From Colwellia sp. (lineage in GTDB: Bacteria > Pseudomonadota > Gammaproteobacteria > Enterobacterales > Alteromonadaceae), in contig NZ_JABSOV010000010.1 of the NCBI RefSeq assembly GCF_013215345.1, forward strand, positions 1,564 through 65,563: 64,000 bases of DNA, written 5' to 3'. Position numbers and translations under genes: made by a program. The notes beneath the pieces are model-generated. The model searched no databases and was not told the DNA's origin. It saw only the letters and a list, made by a program, of their open reading frames with translations. This document shows, in pieces, positions 40,975 through 50,619 of the stretch; the stretch's first letter is position 1, and every line of letters begins with the position of its first letter.

Positions 40975-41047
40975 CTGCAATATTGTTGGCTCGTATGCTA
41001 ATTAAGCTACTTGCCAACTTTATTATTTAGCTATGTTAAAAACATGT

Positions 41048-41590
41048 CTACAAACATAGTCCGTAAAGGTAATCATCAACCAATTCATTATTGATCAGCG
41101 TGTTTTGACGTAAACAGCCTTCACGGGCAAAACCTAGTTTTTCTAACAGCTTATACGAACCTAAATTGTTAACTGAACAGATAGCCGTTAGCTTATTTAA
41201 CTTTAGTTCAGCGAAAGCATATTCTTTCAGCAGACTTAAGGCTTCTGAGGCAAAACCTTGACCCTGGGCACTTGGCTTCATCATAAAACCCACTTCGCCA
41301 ATTTTTGCCTCATGATTAACAATTTTAACGCCTATACTACCCAACTTTTCAGCGGTCGCTAGTTCGGTTATGCCCAAGGTAAACCAGCTATCACTTGTTT
41401 CATTCCAAGGCTGTGCTTTCGCCACAAAAGCAGCCTTTGCTTCATCATAAGTACAAGGGGTGTAAACATGCTCCATCATTTGTGCAGACATAGATAATTC
41501 AATGAAAAGATCTTTGTCTGAATGATCGAGGGGAGATAGTTGTATTCTTTTTCCAGTAAGTTGCACGATACTTCCTTGGTTATGTTCCAC
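41048..41590 (-). CDS. GNAT N-acetyltransferase (RimJ/RimL type)
   Basis: GEVGFM...QGQGFASEAL, N..S.KLLEKLGF.REG. Confidence 0.88.
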   Translation of the reverse strand: MEHNQGSIVQLTGKRIQLSPLDHSDKDLFIELSMSAQMMEHVYTPCTYDEAKAAFVAKAQPWNETSDSWFTLGITELATAEKLGSIGVKIVNHEAKIGEVGFMMKPSAQGQGFASEALSLLKEYAFAELKLNKLTAICSVNNLGSYKLLEKLGFAREGCLRQNTLINNELVDDYLYGLCL

Positions 41591-41779
41591 CTTGTTATGC
41601 GTGGGATATTAATTGCTTGGTCATTAATATCCCATATTTTCAATACAGTAGAAACCACAACATGTGAATTAACAATCGCACCAATTAATAGCTAAATCAT
41701 ATTATTAATAACAGCCGAAAACCCCAGAAAACCTGGCACTCACTGTACTTCACTTCCTTTTCACGTTTTTCAGAAACCC

Positions 41780-42895
41780 TTCCCTGTTTCGGTAAGGGCT
41801 AAGTCACCCTTTAGTCAGGGCATTGTCGCTAAATTATTCAATGAGCTATCCAGTCTTAGTCAAAGTTTGCAAGTAAGTAAAAGCCGCTATGATCAACAAA
41901 TGTTTTTACTGTATGGCTTAATTGAGCAGCTAGAATCACCGGTATTAATTTTAGATAAAAACGATCAACTACAACATGCCAACCCTGCGGTAAGCCGATT
42001 ATTTTCAGTACCTTGGCAAACATTAAAACAAAAATCTGCACAAAAACTAGGGCTAATAAAACTTAATGGTTTTTGGACTTTCGATGAAAAAAATCCCCTG
42101 AGTGCGCAAAACTCACAGAAAAAATGGCAAATACGACAAAGTGAATTCAAAGATAATAACAATAATTATCAACTACTAATGCTCAATAATATTAGCCAAG
42201 AGTTACAAAAAAATGAGCAACAAGCTTGGCAAAATATTATCCGTATTTTAAATCATGAAGTGCGTAATTCTTTAACGCCTATTTCGGCACTGAGCCAAAA
42301 CTTGTTGGAAATGCCAGATCTCAGTCCTGAACAATACCAACAAGCAATAACGATAATTGATAGCCGCAGTAATAACCTCTTAGCATTTATTGATAGTTAT
42401 TCCGATTTAGCCAAACTGCCCTCACCTACTTATCAGCAGTTCGATTTAGCGGAACTGTTACAAGGAGTCGCCCGCTTAGTACAGCAAGTCACTGTTAACC
42501 TTTCTAGCCCGCTAATGATCAAAGCCGATAAAGGCCAACTGGAGCAAGTATTACTCAATTTGATAAAAAATGGCAAAGAAGCGCAGCTTGCCAATGGTAA
42601 AGTAAAAGATAAAAAAACCATGGGCACCTTAGCAAAGGATATTGAAGTACAGGTGTTTAAAACCGGGCAGCAGGTGATCATCAAGGTGCTAGATCAAGGC
42701 TGTGGCATCGCTAATAGCGCCAATTTATTTGTGCCATTTTATACCACTAAAGAGACAGGTTCGGGCATTGGTTTAGCGCTAAGCAGACAAATAATATCAA
42801 ATCATCAAGGTGAACTTACCTTGAATAATCGCACGGATTTAGCTGATACTAGCGGTGCAGTTGCTACCATTACTTTGCCCTTGGTCTATAAATAA
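41780..42895 (+). pseudogene. PAS/HisKA/HATPase sensor kinase lacking its N-terminal membrane region
   Basis: NHEVRNSL H-box, N/G1/F/G2 boxes. The frame stays open upstream of the TTG at 41867 (SVRAKSPFSQGIVAKLFNEL), but there is no upstream ATG, no TM helix and no response regulator. 5' boundary approximate. Confidence 0.6.
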
Positions 42896-43031
42896 TTAAA
42901 CCTTAACAAATGACGATAAAAGTTAGCTCGGATTAGATTTTCTATCAATGAGGCTAAATAATTGAAAGTTGAAATTTCGTGACAATAGGAAAACAGTCTT
43001 AATTTGTCACAGTGTCTATTGTGTTAGACAT

Positions 43032-43061
43032 AAAAAAGTCCCGATACAATCGAGACTTTTT
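43032..43061 (-). terminator. Intrinsic terminator of the PEP-CTERM gene
   Basis: AAAAAAGTC-CCGATACAATCGA-GACTTTTT. Confidence 0.75.
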
Positions 43062-43082
43062 CTACCAAGCTGTTACTTTTAA

Positions 43083-43736
43083 CTACTTAGCTTTATTCTT
43101 TCTTGCAAAGCTAAGTCCTACTAAACTAAGACCAAGTAATACTAATGATGTTGGCTCTGGAACTTCAACTGGAGTGCCAATTAAAACATACCGTTGAAAT
43201 GTATTGTTAGAATTCAGTCCAGTATTAGAACCACTACGCCATCCGCCGACTCCTGTAGTATTGTTGTCGCCAGAAATAGTATGCCATGATAATGCAGCGC
43301 GGTTACTAGAATTGAATGTATCTGCCTGACCTTGAGTAATGGTACTTACATCACTGAAGCCTACAGAGAAATCATTATGGTACCAAAAAGCTCCATTATC
43401 AAAAATAGTAGCATTCTTACCTGTAATTGTATTTAATATGCCTGCGGTTGTCGCGGAAAAAACATCAAAGTTAATTGCACCATCAGAAGTAGCTCCTGCT
43501 AAAGCAACTGATACGTTAGAATCCAATCCGCTGATTAAAGAATTCAAATCAAAGCTAGTTCCGTAGCCACCTTGGTAAACAATACTCCAACCATCACTAA
43601 GCGTTTGGGTTTTGCTATAATCATTTTCCACGCCAAATGGAATAACTGTAGCATGTGCCATTCCAGTAAATACAAATAACAAAGCAACTAAACACGATTT
43701 CATTTTTATCTCCATATTTTTCAAATTAAAAATCAA
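43083..43736 (-). CDS. PEP-CTERM sorting domain protein
   Basis: Signal peptide ending AHA; C-terminal VPEPTSLVLLGLSLVGLSFARKNKAK. Confidence 0.93.
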   Translation of the reverse strand: MIFNLKNMEIKMKSCLVALLFVFTGMAHATVIPFGVENDYSKTQTLSDGWSIVYQGGYGTSFDLNSLISGLDSNVSVALAGATSDGAINFDVFSATTAGILNTITGKNATIFDNGAFWYHNDFSVGFSDVSTITQGQADTFNSSNRAALSWHTISGDNNTTGVGGWRSGSNTGLNSNNTFQRYVLIGTPVEVPEPTSLVLLGLSLVGLSFARKNKAK

Positions 43737-43749
43737 TTAGCACAATCTA

Positions 43750-43844
43750 AGCAATATTGGAGCCACATACATATCTACTTGTTATTTAAGTGTTTATTAC
43801 TTTCAATCTCGTTACATAGCTCAAAGTGTAAAAAAAAACGACAC
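43750..43844 (-). promoter_or_regulatory. Sigma54 promoter plus upstream enhancer (PrsR-type PEP-CTERM box)
   Basis: Minus-strand TGGCTCCAATATTGCT (43750-43765, GG-N10-GC) and GTGT-N11-ACAC palindrome at 43826-43844 containing TTTACA about 60 bp upstream. Confidence 0.7.
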
Positions 43845-44169
43845 TCCTTCTATGCTAAAACAAATGGCCTAACTGTATCTTATGAGTACGTCTGAGTAAT
43901 ATGACAAGAATAATTCATTAGAAAATATATGAACATTTATTTAGGATAATTCCCGCAATTTTTGACGGCTGACTTGCTAAAAATAACCTCACCTAATGGT
44001 CACTTACTGTTCACTTAATACCAAAGCGAACCTTATTAATTGAATATAAAATAGTTATAGCTCTGACACTGCAAAAAATCAGCTTTATACTGTTACCATG
44101 CTTGTATTTTTTACCGATGAATCTATACAATGCTGTATGAGCAGTAAATAAATTAAAGGTCGCCATTTA

Positions 44170-45333
44170 ATGTTTAAAAAAGTGCTGTTGTTACTTATAA
44201 TTATGGGTTTAATCAGTTGTAAAAGTACTCCAAATCTCGCCTCACTCCGTAGTGTTGAAACCTTAATTGAGCAAATAAATTCTGATGATACTGATCTCAT
44301 TACTATTGCTGATCAAGCAGTTAAAACTAATGAGCTTATTCAACAAGATATCCATAACATCAAATCTTTGCTTGATGAATTGAGTAAACACATCAGCGAT
44401 GCGTGGGGCGAAGATAATCCGCAAATCCCTAACAATAAAAAGCTGGTTAAATACACTAACAACTACAAAGCACGGGCAATTGTTGATTTTGAAAAAGGCA
44501 TCATTTTAATCGAAACGTTAGCTGATAAGTCGCAAGTTAAAACGTTGGAAAACTTACAAAATGCCATAGTCACTACCTTATTATCGACATCCGATCCTCG
44601 AAAAACGGACATATTTTCAAGCGACGCACCACAACTATCAGGCAAACCTTATTTGTACCAACAGGTGGTTGACCGCGACAATAAACCCATTGCATATCAA
44701 TGGCGCGCCAATCGATTCGCCAACCACTTAACCGAATTCAACCTACAGAAATACAGTAAAAATGAAAAACAAATTTATGCTGTTAAAATTAAGATGGTTG
44801 AAAAGCATCAACATTTACGCGAACAAAAATACAGTAAATATGTACTTGCCGCGGCTAAACGTTATCAAATATCACCACAACTGATATACGGCATAATTGA
44901 AACCGAAAGCAGCTTTAACCCATTTGCGGTAAGTACAGCGAATGCCTACGGTTTAATGCAGGTAGTACCTACAACAGCCGGAGCCGATGTTTTTCAACGT
45001 ATTAAAAAGAAAAATGGCATACCAACCAAACAGCAACTATTTGATCCGGCGTTTAATATTGATATTGGCTCAGCCTATTTACACATTCTCAATAACAATT
45101 ATTTGAAAGATGTGACAAATACAACCAGTCGCCATTATTCCATTATTTCGGCTTACAATGGCGGCGCCGGAAATGTATTAAAAACCTTCCATGGTAATCG
45201 TAAAACAGCGATGAAAATACTTAATACTAAGTCATCTAAAGATGTTTATTATTTACTAACCAAGAAACACCCCAAAGCCGAGTCTCGTCATTATTTGGAG
45301 AAGGTAACTAAGGCTGAAAAAACGTATTTATAA
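44170..45333 (+). CDS. mltC: Membrane-bound lytic murein transglycosylase C
   Basis: Lipobox LISC, DUF3393-like KYTNNYKARA.VDF, SLT IIETESSFNP, GLMQV, AYNGG. Confidence 0.9.
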   Translation: MFKKVLLLLIIMGLISCKSTPNLASLRSVETLIEQINSDDTDLITIADQAVKTNELIQQDIHNIKSLLDELSKHISDAWGEDNPQIPNNKKLVKYTNNYKARAIVDFEKGIILIETLADKSQVKTLENLQNAIVTTLLSTSDPRKTDIFSSDAPQLSGKPYLYQQVVDRDNKPIAYQWRANRFANHLTEFNLQKYSKNEKQIYAVKIKMVEKHQHLREQKYSKYVLAAAKRYQISPQLIYGIIETESSFNPFAVSTANAYGLMQVVPTTAGADVFQRIKKKNGIPTKQQLFDPAFNIDIGSAYLHILNNNYLKDVTNTTSRHYSIISAYNGGAGNVLKTFHGNRKTAMKILNTKSSKDVYYLLTKKHPKAESRHYLEKVTKAEKTYL

Positions 45334-45603
45334 AATGCTCAACTTTAGCGTGCAGAAGATCTAAAAAGCCACCGAAGACTAACTTTCCAGTCCCACGCCA
45401 GACTTTATCTACACTAAAAATTCTCGTATCAGGACGTCTAAATCCTGCATTTTGAGATGGCTGGGTATATATTTATCTTCATACATTATTATTGTATTAC
45501 CTTTATCCCTGCTATCTTAAAATTGCCTATCAGTTAGCTTTGCAGCTCACTAATAGCTATTACCTCACTCCCTTATTACTACCATTTCCCTCAAAAACCT
45601 AAA

Positions 45604-45667
45604 AACTAATTAATTAGTTGATAAAAAATTAACCAGCCGCTATAGTATTTAAAACTAATTAATTAGT
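45604..45667 (+). promoter_or_regulatory. Sigma70 promoter flanked by two identical palindromic operators
   Basis: TTGATA(45618)-17 bp-TATAGT(45641); ACTAATTAATTAGT at 45605-45618 and 45654-45667. Confidence 0.8.
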
Positions 45668-45677
45668 AGGAATAAAA

Positions 45678-46058
45678 ATGGCTCGTAAAAAATCAACCCA
45701 ACTCACTGACAGTGAACAAAGCATTATGCAAATTCTTTGGCAGAAGGAGCAAGCCTCAGTTAGAGAAATCGCCGATATACTCAGTGAAGAAAAAACCACG
45801 GCGTACACCACAGTACAAACCATGTGTAAAATTTTAGCAGATAAAGGTTACGCCGACTTTCACAAGGAAGGTAAGGCTTTTATTTATACCCCTAAAATTA
45901 CCCAGAAAGATGCCAGAAAAGGCGCACTGACTTCTCTGCTGAATAAGTTCTTTGGTGGTTCACCCGAAGTACTGGCGCAACATTTAATGGAAGAAACCGA
46001 CATTGAATTGGATGATTTAGCGGCATTGCAAAAACAAATTGATCGCGCCGACGATTAG
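45678..46058 (+). CDS. BlaI/MecI/CopY-family repressor
   Basis: LTDSEQSIMQILW, AYTTVQT, L..KG, LLNKFFGGS. Confidence 0.92.
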   Translation: MARKKSTQLTDSEQSIMQILWQKEQASVREIADILSEEKTTAYTTVQTMCKILADKGYADFHKEGKAFIYTPKITQKDARKGALTSLLNKFFGGSPEVLAQHLMEETDIELDDLAALQKQIDRADD

Positions 46059-46119
46059 CTGCATTGAGACTTTTCGCTCTAGATAAAAAGTAAAAAATAA
46101 AAGATAAAGGTATTTCACT

Positions 46120-47679
46120 ATGATTGCTCAATACACATTGTTAACCACATTAGCATTACACCATATTGTTATTGGTGGCTTGCTGCTACTGATTCTTTTA
46201 GTGCTAGGTAAGGTACTAAAAACCAGTGCAGAAATGCGTAGTTGGGTATTAATGACTGCCTTTATCACCTCAACGATAGTGCCAATAACATTACTTTCAA
46301 CCACGTCAGCATTACCTATTGCGGCCAAGCCAGCATCTACACCAGCAAGCACTGTGATTGATGCAAGTGCAACTCAACCGAACTTAGAAAACGTTGTTAT
46401 GCCGTTGCAGGAGCAAGCCTTATGGCATATGCCCAGTGAAATTATTTTTCAATTTAGTGAAATATTAACGGTACTTGTTGTGGTTTGGTTTATCGGCAGC
46501 TTATGGCGCAGCCTGATGGTTTTCGGTTCATTTTTACGGACTCGAACATTAATCAAAATGAGCAAGCCCGTTGAGAAAAAAAGTATCCAAGCACTCGTGT
46601 ATAAGACTGATATTAAAATTTTCAGCGCTAGCCAAATTAACTCCCCTATGGTGGTGGGTTTAACTAGCCCTAGAATCATTTTACCTGAAAACATGATGCA
46701 GCAATTAAGCAGCGAACAATTAGCGCCGATAGTGTTGCACGAACTTGCTCATATTCAGCGTAATGACATTTGGTTTAGCCATTTTCAAGAGTTTATTGCC
46801 GTGGTGTTTTGGTGGAGCCCGGTGATTCGCTTACTCAATAACAAAATTCATATCGATAGAGAATTAGCTTGTGATTTACGAGCGGTTAAACAACTGAACA
46901 ACAATAAACAATATGCCCAATCACTGATCGATTGTGCAAAATTAATGATTACCCAACAACGGAGCGTATTAGCCATGGGATTATTTAGCCAGAAGAAAGA
47001 ATTGAACAATCGTATTAGCACTGTACTTAAAAGTAAAAAAATGAAAACACCAAGCATGTTAACAATTATTGCTGTCTGCCTAGGTTTATCTGTACTGACC
47101 ATTAAAGTTTCACAGGCATTTGTACCAAAAATTAGCATCAGTGATACACGACAAAATGCTCAACATTATTCATTACTGCCATCTGCACAAGGTGAGCAAT
47201 TGATTGCTGCGGTAATGCAAAATGATATTGCCACCATTGAGCAAATGCAAAACCAAGGTGTTGATATTAATACGCCAGCGATTGGTGATGGCACAGCGTT
47301 AATTATTGCCGTCAAACAAGATAATCGCCAAATGGTGCAAGCACTAATTGATTTAGGCGCCAATGTTAACCAATCATCACGGGGTGATGGTAACCCATTA
47401 ATTACTGCAGCCATGACTAACAATATCGCCCTAGCGCAATTACTTATTGATAATGGCGCAGATATAAATGGCATCGTAAGAGGTGATGAAACCCCTTTAA
47501 TTAATGCCACTAGAAGAGGGTATTTTGAGATGACTCAGTTACTTGTTAATCAAGGTGCTGATGTTAACTTATCGGTCAAAACAGGTTTATCTGACGGTCT
47601 TAAAATACGTTCACCACTAAACATGTCAAGTAACAGCGAAATAACTAGCTACCTTATTGAAAACGGTGCCATTGAATAA
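46120..47679 (+). CDS. BlaR1-like M56 metallopeptidase with C-terminal ankyrin repeats
   Basis: TMs, SPMVVG, HELAH, DRELACD; then repeats GTALIIAV, GNPLITAA, ETPLINAT. Confidence 0.9.
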   Translation: MIAQYTLLTTLALHHIVIGGLLLLILLVLGKVLKTSAEMRSWVLMTAFITSTIVPITLLSTTSALPIAAKPASTPASTVIDASATQPNLENVVMPLQEQALWHMPSEIIFQFSEILTVLVVVWFIGSLWRSLMVFGSFLRTRTLIKMSKPVEKKSIQALVYKTDIKIFSASQINSPMVVGLTSPRIILPENMMQQLSSEQLAPIVLHELAHIQRNDIWFSHFQEFIAVVFWWSPVIRLLNNKIHIDRELACDLRAVKQLNNNKQYAQSLIDCAKLMITQQRSVLAMGLFSQKKELNNRISTVLKSKKMKTPSMLTIIAVCLGLSVLTIKVSQAFVPKISISDTRQNAQHYSLLPSAQGEQLIAAVMQNDIATIEQMQNQGVDINTPAIGDGTALIIAVKQDNRQMVQALIDLGANVNQSSRGDGNPLITAAMTNNIALAQLLIDNGADINGIVRGDETPLINATRRGYFEMTQLLVNQGADVNLSVKTGLSDGLKIRSPLNMSSNSEITSYLIENGAIE

Positions 47680-47914
47680 GTTATCCATAACAATGCTAAC
47701 CACATTGCCAGAAGTCACTTCATATAAATTGAGACGATAGAACTCAAAGCCACATAAGCATTTAACGTAAAGACAGCTACGTACTTTTCCTAATCCACGC
47801 CAATCATTTTAAAAATGTTAGGCCTTAGGCTCGATAGACTCGTCTTTAAAAAAGAGCACAACATGAATTTATTACTTAACAAACGCGCTGTAGAGCAGAA
47901 AACAGGAGGTCACA

Positions 47915-49327
47915 ATGATATTTAATACTCCGATATTCTTTTGGTTCTTTTGCATTTTTATTTTGTTTTATGGCTTCGCCTTTTTAAAACAAACCCCTAA
48001 AGTTTACCTGTTGTTAGTTAGTAGCTTGATCTTTTACGGCGGCTGGAATTACAGCTTTATTCCGTTATTAGTGGGTAGTGGTATTGCCGATTATTTCATT
48101 GCTCAAGCCATTGACAACTCATCGAGTCAAGGCAACAAAAAACGTTGGCTAACCTTATCACTGCTGCTCAACTTAGGCATTTTAGCAACCTTTAAATATG
48201 CAGATTTTGCCATAGCCTCTGTTGCCGACTTATTTTCAGTACTGGGCTATCAAGCCTCATTCTCCACTCTTTCTTGGGTGCTACCTGTGGGTATTTCTTT
48301 TTATACTTTCCAAAGTATGAGTTACACCATAGATGTTTACCGTGGTGATATGAAGCCACGTAAAGGCCTAGTTGAATTTGTCGCCGCCTTGTCTTTTTTC
48401 CCGCAATTAGTTGCCGGTCCTATTCTTAGAGCTAAACATATATTGCCGCAGATGCACGCGATATCTATGCCCAAATGGCTAGAAGCAAAACATGGTTTTT
48501 TATTAATTACTGTCGGTTTAATTAAAAAAACTGGTGCCGATATTCTCGCTATTCCAGCAGATAAAGCTTTTACTGCGCAAGAGTCATTAAGCACCTTAGA
48601 AATGTGGACTGGTGTACTGGCATTTTCCGGGCAAATCTATGGTGATTTTTCTGGTTATACCGATATGGCTATCGGCTTAGCGATTTTGCTCGGCTTTAAT
48701 ATTCCACTCAACTTTAGAGTACCTTACTTTGCTATATCGCCGGTCGATTTCTGGCGTAGATGGCATATTTCCTTATCAAGCTGGTTAAAAGATTATTTGT
48801 ACATTTCCTTAGGTGGCAATAGAAATAATAACCGTACCCGTAATGTATTTTTAACCATGTTATTAGGTGGTTTATGGCATGGCGCTGCCTGGACATTTGT
48901 TGCTTGGGGCGCATTTCATGGCGCAATTATTACCCTTACCCATTACCTTGCTAACTTGCAGATATTCAGCAGCTTTAATCGCAGCAATACCTTAGCTGTT
49001 AGCTTGGTTAAATGGGCGGTAACCTTCTATTTAATTCTCATTGGCTGGGTATTTTTTAGAGCAATCGACATCAATAGCGCAATAACCATTATTGGTAATT
49101 TACATACTTTTGGTAGCGCGAGTCAGTTAGGTACTAACGCCTGGAGCATATTTATCTTAACGTCGGTGTGGATATTACTGATGCATGTCATGGACTACTT
49201 TGTCATTAAGTCGGCAGATAAATTGGAAAAGAAAAACTGGCAGTTTTGGTTGTTAATTATTTTAGGCCAAGCCCTTTGTTTATTAATAGGAGAACCAAGT
49301 AATGAGTTTATCTACTTCCAATTTTAA
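47915..49327 (+). CDS. MBOAT O-acyltransferase (AlgI/PatA/DltB family)
   Basis: LPVGISFYTFQ, FFPQLVAGPI, DFSGYTDMAIG, FWRRWHISLS, GLWHG. Confidence 0.93.
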   Translation: MIFNTPIFFWFFCIFILFYGFAFLKQTPKVYLLLVSSLIFYGGWNYSFIPLLVGSGIADYFIAQAIDNSSSQGNKKRWLTLSLLLNLGILATFKYADFAIASVADLFSVLGYQASFSTLSWVLPVGISFYTFQSMSYTIDVYRGDMKPRKGLVEFVAALSFFPQLVAGPILRAKHILPQMHAISMPKWLEAKHGFLLITVGLIKKTGADILAIPADKAFTAQESLSTLEMWTGVLAFSGQIYGDFSGYTDMAIGLAILLGFNIPLNFRVPYFAISPVDFWRRWHISLSSWLKDYLYISLGGNRNNNRTRNVFLTMLLGGLWHGAAWTFVAWGAFHGAIITLTHYLANLQIFSSFNRSNTLAVSLVKWAVTFYLILIGWVFFRAIDINSAITIIGNLHTFGSASQLGTNAWSIFILTSVWILLMHVMDYFVIKSADKLEKKNWQFWLLIILGQALCLLIGEPSNEFIYFQF

Positions 49328-50606
49328 TGAGATGAAATCAGCAGAGATGAATGAAGCAATGAGCTTAGGTGAACAAGCACCAACTGAACAGGTATCTGCT
49401 GAGCAAATCACCAGTTCAACCACAGCCCAAGCCGAAGATAGACGGGTTTTTATAAAAATAACCTTAGCCATTGTACTGGGCATGATGGCAGCCATGGGCT
49501 TAGTGCGCCTTTTGCTCGATGCCAATGGTGCCAATAAACAAGGTATTTTAGGACGGGTATTACAGGCACAAGCAGCAATCCCGCAAATAATAGCTGAGCC
49601 TAATGATTTGGTGATGTTTTACGGCTCTTCCATGACCCGTGCTGGTTTTTCACCACGAAAATTTGATGGTGATTTAAAAGCCATGGGTAAAGACATTAGT
49701 TCGTTCAACTTCGGTTTTGGTGGCTTAAATCCTTACTATCAAGACTTATTATCTAGGCGTATTGCTGAGCAATTTATCGAACAAGACAGAAAACTTAAAT
49801 TGGCCTTAATTGAATTTAATCCCTTTCAAACTACAAGCACACGCTGGAACAGAGCTAAATTCTCTTTAGATTCGTTTATTACAATGTTGTCTAACGATGC
49901 CGAGTTATGGCAAATATTGCAAGAAGACCTGAGCCGAGGTATTCATTTATTTAACATTAAATATATCCGCAATCATGTCTCGGCTGAAATGGTCACTAGC
50001 TATTACTCTCGGGAGTTATTTCCGCCACAAAGAGGCCAGCGCTTTAAAGATGATGAAGAAACGGTAACTGTCCGTAGAAGTTTGGGTAAAGAGTTAAACG
50101 CAGCATTCGAAAAAGACTATCCAAACTACTCAGGTGAAGAGTGGTATTACCCTTGGCAAGGTGCTGGTACTATTCCTGAAGAACGTTCTGCCGAGACGCT
50201 AGCAATATTTGATAACTATTATGCCGCCTCACAAACTGAGGCACGGATGAAAAATGATAGATTAAGTCGTATAAGAAGTGCTGACATTGAAGAGTTACAT
50301 TTTGAACCCTTTTTAGTAGAGAGCTTTATTGGTATTGTGAAAAACTTCCAACGTTTTTCTGATAAGGTGGAAGTAGTTATGCTGCCAAAAAATAGCCGTT
50401 ATATTGACTACACCCCCGAGGCAAAAATACGTCTTGCTAAAGCAATTAAACAAATTGAACAGGCGACTGGTATAAAAATAAAAGATCATCAAGACATTAA
50501 AGAGGTTAATGCTGATATGTATAGAGATACCACGCACTTATCACGCTATCGTGGTGATATTGCTTACACCGACTTCTTAGTTAGCGAGTATGCTCAGGCA
50601 TTGTAA
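49302..50606 (+). CDS. Membrane-anchored SGNH-like protein (AlgJ/PatB/DltD-like partner)
   Basis: Single TM, FYGSSM (block I Ser), NFGFGG, C-terminal DTTH (DxxH); adjacent to the MBOAT gene. Confidence 0.7.
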   Translation: MSLSTSNFNEMKSAEMNEAMSLGEQAPTEQVSAEQITSSTTAQAEDRRVFIKITLAIVLGMMAAMGLVRLLLDANGANKQGILGRVLQAQAAIPQIIAEPNDLVMFYGSSMTRAGFSPRKFDGDLKAMGKDISSFNFGFGGLNPYYQDLLSRRIAEQFIEQDRKLKLALIEFNPFQTTSTRWNRAKFSLDSFITMLSNDAELWQILQEDLSRGIHLFNIKYIRNHVSAEMVTSYYSRELFPPQRGQRFKDDEETVTVRRSLGKELNAAFEKDYPNYSGEEWYYPWQGAGTIPEERSAETLAIFDNYYAASQTEARMKNDRLSRIRSADIEELHFEPFLVESFIGIVKNFQRFSDKVEVVMLPKNSRYIDYTPEAKIRLAKAIKQIEQATGIKIKDHQDIKEVNADMYRDTTHLSRYRGDIAYTDFLVSEYAQAL

Positions 50607-50619
50607 AACTTACCTGGGC

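Noticed and set aside
45334-45480. Minus-strand open stretch after mltC (...DKVWRGTGKLVFGGFLD...)
   Set aside because: No start codon or recognisable homology.
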